IMG/VR virus record: IMGVR_UViG_3300033153_013649 | Coordinates: 64,001 to 128,000 of that record | Source of the DNA: a virus | Strand: one strand, 5' to 3' | DNA length: 64,000 nt | Part shown: piece by piece, positions 46,460 to 54,599 of the stretch | Layout of the letters: each line of letters begins with the position of its first letter | Numbering within the stretch: position 1 is the first letter of the stretch | Translations under genes and position numbers: made by a program | Notes under the pieces: model-generated | The model's database searches: none | Seen by the model: only the letters and a program-made list of their open reading frames with translations | What the model was told of the DNA's origin: nothing

Positions 46460-47128
46460 TTGAGGATATATTTGGGAATAAAAATAAAAGATAATATTTG
46501 GAAAGGACATCGAGCATTTATTATTGGAGGGGGTCCTTCTTTAAAAGGATTCGATTGGAAATTACTTCGAAATGAGAAAACAATCGGAATCAATAAAGCA
46601 ATTATAGCTTTTGAACCAGATGTTCTTTTTTCAATGGATAAATTATTTTGGAGTGTTGTATATCCAAACTTAGGAATTATTCCTAGATGTACTAAAATTT
46701 ATTTAGATGGGAATATAATACCAAAATGTTCTCCTAAAATTACAAAATTAGGGATCATAAAATATCTAAGATATAAGGAAAGTCCTAAATTTTCGAAATC
46801 ACTGAAAGATGGATTATCTAGTGAAGTTGATTCAGGATATGCGGCTTTAAATTTAGCTCTTTTACTTGGTGCAGATCCGATTTATTTGCTCGGATATGAT
46901 ATGAAATTAAATAAAAATTCTGAACAAATATGGTGGCATGATGGATATAAAAAATATTTTTTAAAGAACGCTATAGAAAATTATAAAAAAAGAATCTTTG
47001 CTTATGAGAAATATGCTAAACCGATAATAGATGATTATTTTAAAGTTAAAGTTATTAATTTAAATATAAATAGTAATATAAAATGTTTTCCGTTTGCAAA
47101 AAGAGAGGAAATCTTTGAAAAGAGTTGA
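46460..47128 (+). CDS. MAF_flag10/DUF115 (sialyltransferase-like) protein, copy 2
   Basis: FIIGGGPSL, DSGYAALNLA, IYLLGYDM. Confidence 0.8.
   Translation: MRIYLGIKIKDNIWKGHRAFIIGGGPSLKGFDWKLLRNEKTIGINKAIIAFEPDVLFSMDKLFWSVVYPNLGIIPRCTKIYLDGNIIPKCSPKITKLGIIKYLRYKESPKFSKSLKDGLSSEVDSGYAALNLALLLGADPIYLLGYDMKLNKNSEQIWWHDGYKKYFLKNAIENYKKRIFAYEKYAKPIIDDYFKVKVINLNINSNIKCFPFAKREEIFEKS
46498..46571 (+). repeat. 74 bp perfect direct repeat, copy 2
   Basis: Identical to 44868-44941. Confidence 0.9.
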
Positions 47129-47729
47129 TATAGTAATACCGAGTAAAAACAGGAGAGAAAAATTAGGAGTAGCAATTGAATCAATCGGAAAGGCTAAAGC
47201 CGACGATTACGATCTTCGAACAATTATTATTCAAAGAAAAGACATGAGATCTTTTGCTTGTTGGAATCTATATTGTCAAACTATGCAAGCAGATGCAGTT
47301 TTATTTTCTACAGACGATGTTGAATTTTTACCTAATGGAATAGAAATAGGATTTAAGAAATTTTTTGAAATATTTCCAGATACAGATGGAATATTAGGAT
47401 TTCATCAAGCAAATATTGGATTTTCGAATGAGGGGCATAAATATGCCTTTGGAATGATGGGAAAAAAGTTTTTAACTAGATTTCCAAATAAAAATCCTTT
47501 TTGTCCTGATTATATAGTATTTTGTGCAGAAACTGAATTATGTAGATATGCTAATTCTATCGGTAAATATTATTTTGAAGAAAAAGCTAAGTTAAATCAT
47601 TATCATCCTTCTCATGGAGGTACATGGGATGAGACAGGAAGAAAATACAGAGATCCAAAATTAACATCTATTGATCATAGAAATTCTGCTTTGAGAAAAC
47701 AGAAAGGATTCCTTTGGGGAAAGAATTAA
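47115..47729 (+). CDS. GT2-family glycosyltransferase
   Basis: DIVIPS.NR, WN, STDDVEF, ETEL, HYHP; TTG start after GAGG. Confidence 0.8.
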   Translation: MKRVDIVIPSKNRREKLGVAIESIGKAKADDYDLRTIIIQRKDMRSFACWNLYCQTMQADAVLFSTDDVEFLPNGIEIGFKKFFEIFPDTDGILGFHQANIGFSNEGHKYAFGMMGKKFLTRFPNKNPFCPDYIVFCAETELCRYANSIGKYYFEEKAKLNHYHPSHGGTWDETGRKYRDPKLTSIDHRNSALRKQKGFLWGKN

Positions 47730-47808
47730 GCGCCTGTATACCCTCTCGCTACGAACGAGTAGAAAGGTTAACTAGGATTCCATATCGGTTCGATTCCGAT
47801 CAGGCGTT
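47730..47808 (+). tRNA. non-canonical tRNA-Arg(ACG)-like RNA lacking a normal D-arm
   Basis: GCGCCTG/CAGGCGT; CTCG-CTACGAA-CGAG; ATCGG-TTCGATT-CCGAT. Confidence 0.65.
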
Positions 47809-47817
47809 CAAAATATT

Positions 47818-48012
47818 ATGGTAGAAAATCATTCTTGTGCAATGTGTTGTCATTTTGTTTTGCAAATGGCGTGGTCGTCTCGTTGCCAAATAATATCTAA
47901 GGAAGAAAAAGAAAGAGAAAAAATGATTTCTTATAGTATAAGATCTCGTGAGAAAAACAGTTGTAGAAATTTTTGCTATAATCCTGGATGGTATTTGACT
48001 GAAAATTATTAA
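47818..48012 (+). CDS. small Cys-rich protein
   Basis: CAMCCHF...C...CRNF. Confidence 0.5.
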   Translation: MVENHSCAMCCHFVLQMAWSSRCQIISKEEKEREKMISYSIRSREKNSCRNFCYNPGWYLTENY

Positions 48013-48019
48013 AAAATTG

Positions 48020-48048
48020 TTGACAAACGTCTTTTAATTTAGTATATT
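48020..48048 (+). promoter_or_regulatory. sigma70-type early promoter
   Basis: TTGACAAA..TTTAGTATATT. Confidence 0.8.
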
Positions 48049-48423
48049 ATAATAAAAAGGAGAGGAATTGATTATGAATAATAATATGAAAATAGCTACT
48101 TATGTTAAACTCCGGGTTTCACTTTTTGGATTTTTTAGTGGAATATTAGTTATCATGTTTATTCTTTTGGTTTTTGCAAAATTAAAATCTTGTTTTAAAA
48201 TTAAATAAAATTTTAAAAGGAAGGATTTAAACTATGAAAGAACGTTCTGATATTTCAAATAAGATTTTAGATAATCATTATCGTCTACTTTCTCTCGAAA
48301 AGAGAATTGATATTCTTGAAAAGGAACTTAAGGTTTTAAAGGAATCTGCGCCTACTAAAACAAATTTAGTAAATCCTATTAATCCTAACGACGGAATCTT
48401 ATAAATATAACGCAAAATAAAAA

Positions 48424-48609
48424 ATGAAGATTAAACTTACTAAATTTTTAGTTAATAATAATTTTGCATGTGATTATAATCATGCTCGGGAGTTAATAAA
48501 AGACGGGAAAATTATATATAATTCTGTACCAGTTGATCTAGAATGGTTTGTTGTTAATTATCATTCAAAGATTGCTAAAATAGGAACGTTCATTGATATA
48601 AGAAGCTAA
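48424..48609 (+). CDS. small S4-like RNA-binding domain protein
   Basis: KLTKFLV..FA...HARELIKDGKI.YN..PV resembles the S4 motif. Confidence 0.55.
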   Translation: MKIKLTKFLVNNNFACDYNHARELIKDGKIIYNSVPVDLEWFVVNYHSKIAKIGTFIDIRS

Positions 48610-48676
48610 TTAAGATCTTTATATCGATATAAAAGCTAATAAAAAAGATAATAAAGGAATTTTAAAAGACAATAAA

Positions 48677-48755
48677 GGCCCATTAGTTTAATGGAAAAAC
48701 AATCGTCACATCGGCTTTTTACAGATAATTACCGGTTCGATTCCGGTATGGGTCT
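48677..48755 (+). ncRNA. tRNA-like RNA with expanded, irregular anticodon loop
   Basis: GGCCCAT/ATGGGTC, GTTT-AATGGAA-AAAC and ACCGG-TTCGATT-CCGGT are intact; 14 nt anticodon loop. Confidence 0.6.
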
Positions 48756-48765
48756 CTCGTACTTT

Positions 48766-48836
48766 TGGCCTATAGTGAAACAGAATCACATGAGACTTTG
48801 AATCTCATATTCTTGGTGCAATTCCAAGTGGGCCAG
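48766..48836 (+). tRNA. tRNA-Gln(TTG)
   Basis: TGGCCTA/TGGGCCA; TGAGA-CTTTGAA-TCTCA. Confidence 0.85.
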
Positions 48837-48843
48837 CAAAAAT

Positions 48844-48914
48844 TGAGATATAGTTAAAGGGAATAACTATTGTTTCTGAAACAATTATTCTAGGTTTGAT
48901 TTCTAGTGCTTCAA
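48844..48914 (+). tRNA. tRNA-Gln(CTG), probably decaying
   Basis: ATTGT-TTCTGAA-ACAAT; acceptor mismatch; T-loop TTTGATT. Confidence 0.6.
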
Positions 48915-48924
48915 CTACAAATTA

Positions 48925-49040
48925 TTTAGGGATCCACGGCCAAGCAAAATTAGATACGCACTTGGGTATTCATTAATAAAGCTTTATTTCGAATACGTAG
49001 GATGCTAACAGGTCGGTGAAAGACCGGCTGGATTCTTAAA
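48925..49040 (+). ncRNA. structured tRNA-like ncRNA of unknown class
   Basis: TTTAGGGATCCA/TGGATTCTTAAA closing stem, CCAAG/CTTGG, GTATTC/GAATAC, GTCGG-TGAAAGA-CCGGC. Confidence 0.55.
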
Positions 49041-49049
49041 TAATATTAT

Positions 49050-49123
49050 ATTGAAATAATTCAAAAAGAAGAACGTTCGGTTTATATTCGAAAGGTCACA
49101 AGTTCGATTCTAATTCTTCACGA
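49050..49123 (+). pseudogene. degenerate tRNA (Met/Ile-like)
   Basis: TTCGG-TTTATAT-TCGAA-AGGTC..AGTTCGATTCT; broken T and acceptor stems. Confidence 0.45.
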
Positions 49124-49149
49124 TACAAACTCAAAAATTTAAAAAATTT

Positions 49150-49866
49150 ATGGATATTAAATTACTTAATCAAACCAGAAAATTTTGGAGAACTAGAAAT
49201 ATTGATTATGCTAAATTTTCTAGAATATTAGTTAGTCCAGAAACTCGCAAGAAATTGTTAATTGGAGACAAAAAAGGTCTTAATAAACTTTGGGAAAAAC
49301 AGACCAAAAAGGATTTTCAAAAAATATTTAAAGATATAGATTGTCTTTCAATCAATTCTGTTTTAGAAATTGGATGTGGAGTTGGAAGAATATTAAAGGT
49401 ATTAGAAGAACATAAATTATTTTCTAGAATTATAGGTGTTGATATATCTCCAAAAATGATTCAATATGCCGAAGAATATCTTAAACTTCAAGATAGTTCA
49501 ACTATTGAATTATATCTTACCGATGGAGAAAATTTACCAATAAAAGATAATTCAATTGATTTTGTTTTTTCAATAGTTACCTTTCAACACATGACTACTA
49601 AATCGATTGTAAAAGCTAATTTGAAAGAAATTTATAGGGTTCTTGTTCCAAAAGGTCTTGCGAGAATTCAAACAATAGAACATAAAAATCCAAATATAAA
49701 ATCAGAAAATACTATTGCTGGATACAATGGATATTTTTTAAACGTTCGCGATAAAAAAGAAATGTTTCAAGAATATGGATTAAAAGTAATTAACTGGAGA
49801 TATGATAAAGAGGTAAAACCGGCTAATCCCGAACTCCAATGGATTTGGTTAACTCTAGAGAAATAA
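49150..49866 (+). CDS. class I SAM-dependent methyltransferase
   Basis: VLEIGCGVGR, GVDIS..MI, DFVFS..TFQH, EIYRVLVPKG. Confidence 0.9.
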   Translation: MDIKLLNQTRKFWRTRNIDYAKFSRILVSPETRKKLLIGDKKGLNKLWEKQTKKDFQKIFKDIDCLSINSVLEIGCGVGRILKVLEEHKLFSRIIGVDISPKMIQYAEEYLKLQDSSTIELYLTDGENLPIKDNSIDFVFSIVTFQHMTTKSIVKANLKEIYRVLVPKGLARIQTIEHKNPNIKSENTIAGYNGYFLNVRDKKEMFQEYGLKVINWRYDKEVKPANPELQWIWLTLEK

Positions 49867-49902
49867 TAGCTATTATTAGGATTATATTTTAAAGGAGAGA
49901 CT

Positions 49903-51363
49903 TTGTATATAGCGGTTGATTCTACTAACGAGAACTTTTTAGTTCGAAAACTAGGTCAAGATGGCAAATCATCAATTACAAAGATGCCATTTCGAGCCTC
50001 TTTGTTTATAGCTTCAGAAAAAGCTTCGAAAGAATATATAGGATTTAAAACTGGAAAGCATCTCAAAAGATTTGATTTCTTTTCTAGACAAAATTACTGG
50101 GATTTTAAAAATAAAATGAAAGATGTTGGAATATATGGAGATATTTCTCCGATATTTCAATTTATACCAAAACTTAATATTAGATCCGAGAATATATCTT
50201 TTCTTCGTCCTTGGGGATTAGATATTGAGGTTTATTCAGAAAAAGAATTTCCTTATCCAGAAAGAGCTATAATTTATCCTATTGTATCTTTAACTTTAGG
50301 GGATTTAAGAAAAAAGAAATATTATACTTTCGTATATGATATGGACGGAAAATGTACCCTTAAATCTCAACCGAATTGGGAAATTTTCGTTTATAGAAGC
50401 GAAGAAGATATGATGAATTCTTTTTCAAAATTCTGGAGACAAAACATAGCTAATATTCATATTCTAACAGGCTGGAATATTAATAAATTTGATATTCCTT
50501 ATATAATTAGAAGAATGAATTATCTTTTTACTGGAGATCCAGAAAAAATTTGTAAAGAGGTTCGGCTTCTTTCTCCGTTTAGAAATATCAAAAATAAAAC
50601 AACAAAATATTCAGAAACAGAATATATTATTGCTGGAATTCCGATTCTTGATTATTTAGCAGTATTTAAAAAATTCAATTTTCAATCCCGTCGTTCTTTT
50701 AAACTCGAAAATATAGCTCAAGAAGAACTAGGTCATGGAAAACTTGAAAATCCTTATTCTTCACTTCATGAATTATACAGAAAAGATATAAATACTTTTA
50801 TAAATTATAATAGAAAAGATACAGAACTTCTTGAAGAAATCGATAATAAATTCAATTATTTGAATTTTATGATTACAATTGCTCTTATTACTAAAATCAA
50901 TTATGAAAACGTTTTTAGTCCTATCCGCTGCTGGGAATCTCTTATATATAATAAATTAATAGAGCAAAATATTGTTACTAATCCAGCTAGAAGATTTACT
51001 AAAACACGTGAATATCTCGGGGCCTATGTAAAACTTCCAGAGACTAAAATGTATAGAGATATTATTTCGTATGATCTTGTACAGCTCTATCCTTCAGTAA
51101 TTAGGGCAGCAAATATATCTCCTGAAACTCTTATTGAAGGAGATTATGAAGAGAATGTAACGATTGAAAAATTTATGCTTGATGAATTCGAATCTAAAAA
51201 AGCACATAAAAATAACCAGATTTTACTTCCAACCGGAAATTATTATAAAAAAGAACCTCAAGGGGTATACCCTATTTTAATGGAAGAATTGTTCTTCAAA
51301 AGAATAGCTATTAAAGAGCAAATCAAAGAAAAAGAAAGAGAATTAAAAAAATTATTACAATGA
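49903..51363 (+). CDS. family B DNA polymerase, N-terminal subunit (gp43A-like: NTD, 3'-5' exonuclease, motif A)
   Basis: ExoI LDIEV, ExoII GWNINKFDIPY, ExoIII YNRKD, YLGAYV..P, SYDLVQLYPS, NISPET; stops in the fingers. Confidence 0.92.
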   Translation: MYIAVDSTNENFLVRKLGQDGKSSITKMPFRASLFIASEKASKEYIGFKTGKHLKRFDFFSRQNYWDFKNKMKDVGIYGDISPIFQFIPKLNIRSENISFLRPWGLDIEVYSEKEFPYPERAIIYPIVSLTLGDLRKKKYYTFVYDMDGKCTLKSQPNWEIFVYRSEEDMMNSFSKFWRQNIANIHILTGWNINKFDIPYIIRRMNYLFTGDPEKICKEVRLLSPFRNIKNKTTKYSETEYIIAGIPILDYLAVFKKFNFQSRRSFKLENIAQEELGHGKLENPYSSLHELYRKDINTFINYNRKDTELLEEIDNKFNYLNFMITIALITKINYENVFSPIRCWESLIYNKLIEQNIVTNPARRFTKTREYLGAYVKLPETKMYRDIISYDLVQLYPSVIRAANISPETLIEGDYEENVTIEKFMLDEFESKKAHKNNQILLPTGNYYKKEPQGVYPILMEELFFKRIAIKEQIKEKERELKKLLQ

Positions 51364-51599
51364 AAAATTTTTCTGCAGAAAATAAAGCAATGATTCTTGA
51401 TTTTCTTGAAAAATCTGAAATAGGATCTATAGGAGATAAAGATGATTTTTCTCTTTATACTTGGATGGAATGGTATATTTCAGAAGAAAATTTAGATTCG
51501 AATCAAAAGAAGGTATTAGAAGAATTTATTGAATGGATATATTCTCAAAAAAGAATAAAGATAGAGGATCTCATAAGTAAATATTTTGATTTTAATTAA
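51360..51599 (+). CDS. hypothetical protein
   Basis: ORF coupled to the polymerase stop. Confidence 0.55.
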   Translation: MKNFSAENKAMILDFLEKSEIGSIGDKDDFSLYTWMEWYISEENLDSNQKKVLEEFIEWIYSQKRIKIEDLISKYFDFN

Positions 51600-51611
51600 A
51601 AAGGAGAAATA

Positions 51612-52370
51612 ATGTCAGAAATAGCGAAACGTAAAGATATGAAATTACCGATTCATACTTTCTCTTCTCGGACATTCGAATTACTTGATATGTTAGAAGA
51701 TGAAAGTTTGATTAATCGAGAAGATATTATACATAATCTTGCAATTTTTCCTAGATGGAACGGTGCATCAATATATCCATATACTATTGGCCAACATACT
51801 TTAGTAGCTCTTGAGATTCTCCAAAATTATTATGGATTTCTTAAACCAAAAAAGAATAAAAAAAGAATTTTTCTTAATACTAATTCTGAATCAGAATTTA
51901 ATCAGCTAAAATTAATGGCTCTTCATGATGCATCAGAAGCTTATATTGGAGATATTATTTCTCCTTTAAAAGAATTTTTGTATATTAAAATTCCAAAAAA
52001 CGGAAAGATGGAGAAACTCGTAGAGAAAGGAAAGAAAAATTTAATTTCAATGGAAGAATTTGAGCTTAGTATTTCTAGAGCTATATATAATCGGTTTCAT
52101 GTGATTTGTTATGATCCAAAGAAAACTAAATATGGAGAATTATTTGGAGATTCTCTTAGAATCCTTGATGTTGCTATGGCTTTTTATGAGGCAAAATATA
52201 TATTTAATCCTCCACTTGATACTACTAAATGGAATTGTAGAGAACTTGAGAAAGTTCAAGACCTTAATGATCATATAGAACAAAATAAAGATTATTATTT
52301 TAGAGAAATGCATAGAAACGAAGTAAAAGAAAGATTAATAAAAGAATTCGATAAACTTCAAATAATATGA
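51612..52370 (+). CDS. HD-domain 5'-deoxynucleotidase/dNTPase (YfbR/YfdR-like)
   Basis: DI.HNLA..RWNG..YTIGQH, LHDASEAYIGDI.SPLK. Confidence 0.88.
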   Translation: MSEIAKRKDMKLPIHTFSSRTFELLDMLEDESLINREDIIHNLAIFPRWNGASIYPYTIGQHTLVALEILQNYYGFLKPKKNKKRIFLNTNSESEFNQLKLMALHDASEAYIGDIISPLKEFLYIKIPKNGKMEKLVEKGKKNLISMEEFELSISRAIYNRFHVICYDPKKTKYGELFGDSLRILDVAMAFYEAKYIFNPPLDTTKWNCRELEKVQDLNDHIEQNKDYYFREMHRNEVKERLIKEFDKLQII

Positions 52371-52846
52371 AAACACAATACGGAGATATTTTTTCTATTA
52401 GAACAGAAAATGATTTTTTAGTAGTTCCTACAAACGTTGGATGGAAAAGAAATAATCACAATGTTATGGGTGCAGGTATTGCTAGAAGAGCATCTATCAT
52501 ATATCCGGATTTACCGTTAAGTTATGGATGGCATTGTAAAAAGTATGGAAATAAAATATTTGTAAGTAAAAGAAATCATATTATTTGTCTTCCTTCTAAG
52601 CCTTTATTATATCCAAGAAAACCGCATTTAAGTTGGACAGGGAATTCGAATAAATCTACAATTTCTAATTCTTACAGACAATTAAAATATTTTGCTAAAA
52701 ATTATCCGGAAGAAAAGATTTATACCCCTTTATTTGGTACGGGAAATGGAAATATTCCTTTTAATATTGGAATGAAATTAATTAATTCAGCGAATTTACC
52801 CGATAATATAATTTTAATATTACCTCACGAATCCGCAGAGAAATGA
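52367..52846 (+). CDS. macro domain (ADP-ribose processing) protein
   Basis: GDIF, PTN, VMGAGIA, P.FGTGNG. Confidence 0.82.
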   Translation: MKTQYGDIFSIRTENDFLVVPTNVGWKRNNHNVMGAGIARRASIIYPDLPLSYGWHCKKYGNKIFVSKRNHIICLPSKPLLYPRKPHLSWTGNSNKSTISNSYRQLKYFAKNYPEEKIYTPLFGTGNGNIPFNIGMKLINSANLPDNIILILPHESAEK

Positions 52847-52915
52847 TAAAATAGAATTAATTTATATTAACAAATAAGAATTGAATTATTATATCATAAT
52901 AATACGAAATAGAAG

Positions 52916-54049
52916 ATGGAAAAAATACATTATAAAAACTTTGATAGACTAGAAAAAGAATATGTACAAAAAGGATTAATTCGCAAAAGTTATCATCCAA
53001 TTTTTGATTTTGCAATTTATAATTATGGAATTAAAGTTCAATTTGAAGCTTTATGGGATGAAATAACTTTAGAAGTTCGGGGATTAATCCTAGATTCTAA
53101 AGGAAACATTATTGCTAGACCTTTTGATAAATTCTTTAATTATGAAGAACTAGTTTCTGGAGATGAAAATAAAAGACTTAAAATTAGGATTCCAAATGAA
53201 AGGGTAAAAAGGATCACAGAAAAAATAGACGGATCTCTTGGAATTCTTTATAAAGGATTAGACGGGAAACATTATATTGCAACTAGAGGATCATTTAATT
53301 CTGATCAAGCAATTAAAGCAAATGAAATTTTAAATAAGAAATATAATAATGAAGATTTTATGGATGGGTATACATATTTATTTGAAATTATTTATCCAGA
53401 AAATCGAATTATTATTAATTATGGAGAAACAGAAGATCTTATTCTTTTGGCTGTTCGAAATAATAAAACAGGAGAATATTTAGACTTATATGAAAATTTT
53501 GATTCATCTAATTTTAATTTAGTTGTTTCAATTGAAACAACAGATTATTGTAATCTCACAAAAGAAAATAAGATTAATAATGAAGGTTATGTAATTGAAT
53601 TCGAATCAGGATTTCGAATGAAAATGAAATTTGAAGAATATGTTAGATTACATAAATTTGTATCCGGATTTTCTAATATTAGTATTTGGGAAGTTTTGGC
53701 TTCTGGAGGAAATATATATGATCTTATTGAAAATATTCCGGACGAATTATATAATTGGATAAATAAACAAATCAAACATTTTAAATTCGAATTTGACAAA
53801 TTATGTAATTTCTATTTTGAAGTTTTTAAAAATACTAAAGAAAAAATAACAAATTTATATGGAAAAGAATTAAATACTATTTTTTCCGATAAAGATATAA
53901 GAAAAATCTATGCAGATTTCTTTATTCGATCAGTAAAAAATCCTAATATTCTTTTTATGATGCTTGATAAAAAAGATTGGAAAAAAGCTATTTGGAAACA
54001 ACTTAAACCTCAAGATAAAGAAATTTTTAGAAAGGAATTTATTAAATGA
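52916..54049 (+). CDS. rnlA: RNA ligase 1 (T4 RnlA family)
   Basis: RGLI, ARPFDKFFN, EKIDGS, ATRGSF, FEII, EGYV, KMK..EY. Confidence 0.9.
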   Translation: MEKIHYKNFDRLEKEYVQKGLIRKSYHPIFDFAIYNYGIKVQFEALWDEITLEVRGLILDSKGNIIARPFDKFFNYEELVSGDENKRLKIRIPNERVKRITEKIDGSLGILYKGLDGKHYIATRGSFNSDQAIKANEILNKKYNNEDFMDGYTYLFEIIYPENRIIINYGETEDLILLAVRNNKTGEYLDLYENFDSSNFNLVVSIETTDYCNLTKENKINNEGYVIEFESGFRMKMKFEEYVRLHKFVSGFSNISIWEVLASGGNIYDLIENIPDELYNWINKQIKHFKFEFDKLCNFYFEVFKNTKEKITNLYGKELNTIFSDKDIRKIYADFFIRSVKNPNILFMMLDKKDWKKAIWKQLKPQDKEIFRKEFIK

Positions 54050-54543
54050 GTAAAGAATTAACAATTATTGAAGAAGAAAAATCTGTTGAAGAACCATGGA
54101 AAATGACAAGAGAAGATGCATATTGGAAAGAAATTGATTTAAGGCAAGATCGCAGTTTAACAATCGGTGCAGCGGAGGTAAAGTTGCGAAGTGCTATCGG
54201 TCGGAAAAGAATTTTTGCATATAGCTCCGAGGTACAACTTGCATCTAATAGGAATAAAATTATTAAATTTGAAGGTAGATATGTATTTAAAGATAAACTT
54301 ACCCCCGAAATAAGAGAAGCAATGGAAAATCTTAAAAAAGTTAGAAAAGAAGCAGATGAGAAATACATAAGAGAAGCTACCCCTCTTAATGCTCATTATG
54401 AAACAGTTAAAAAAGCTGTATACGAAGGTAAGCCCGTTCCGCGAAAGGTACTTGAAGAATATAAGGATGAAAAGTGGGCGGATGAAGCTCTTGCTAAATT
54501 GTTAAAAGTTGAGAAAAAAACTTCTGAACTTGGTAAGGAATAA
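54046..54543 (+). CDS. hypothetical protein
   Basis: EPWKMTRE...HYE.VKKA..EGKPVP..VL.EY. Confidence 0.6.
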   Translation: MSKELTIIEEEKSVEEPWKMTREDAYWKEIDLRQDRSLTIGAAEVKLRSAIGRKRIFAYSSEVQLASNRNKIIKFEGRYVFKDKLTPEIREAMENLKKVRKEADEKYIREATPLNAHYETVKKAVYEGKPVPRKVLEEYKDEKWADEALAKLLKVEKKTSELGKE

Positions 54544-54599
54544 ATAGACTGAAGACTTTTAATAAAATAAAACTTATAAAAAATAAACGGAGGATTTAA

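Noticed and set aside
51612-52370. DatZ and a 2-aminoadenine (Z) genome
   Set aside because: The HD family is widespread and no PurZ is present in the window
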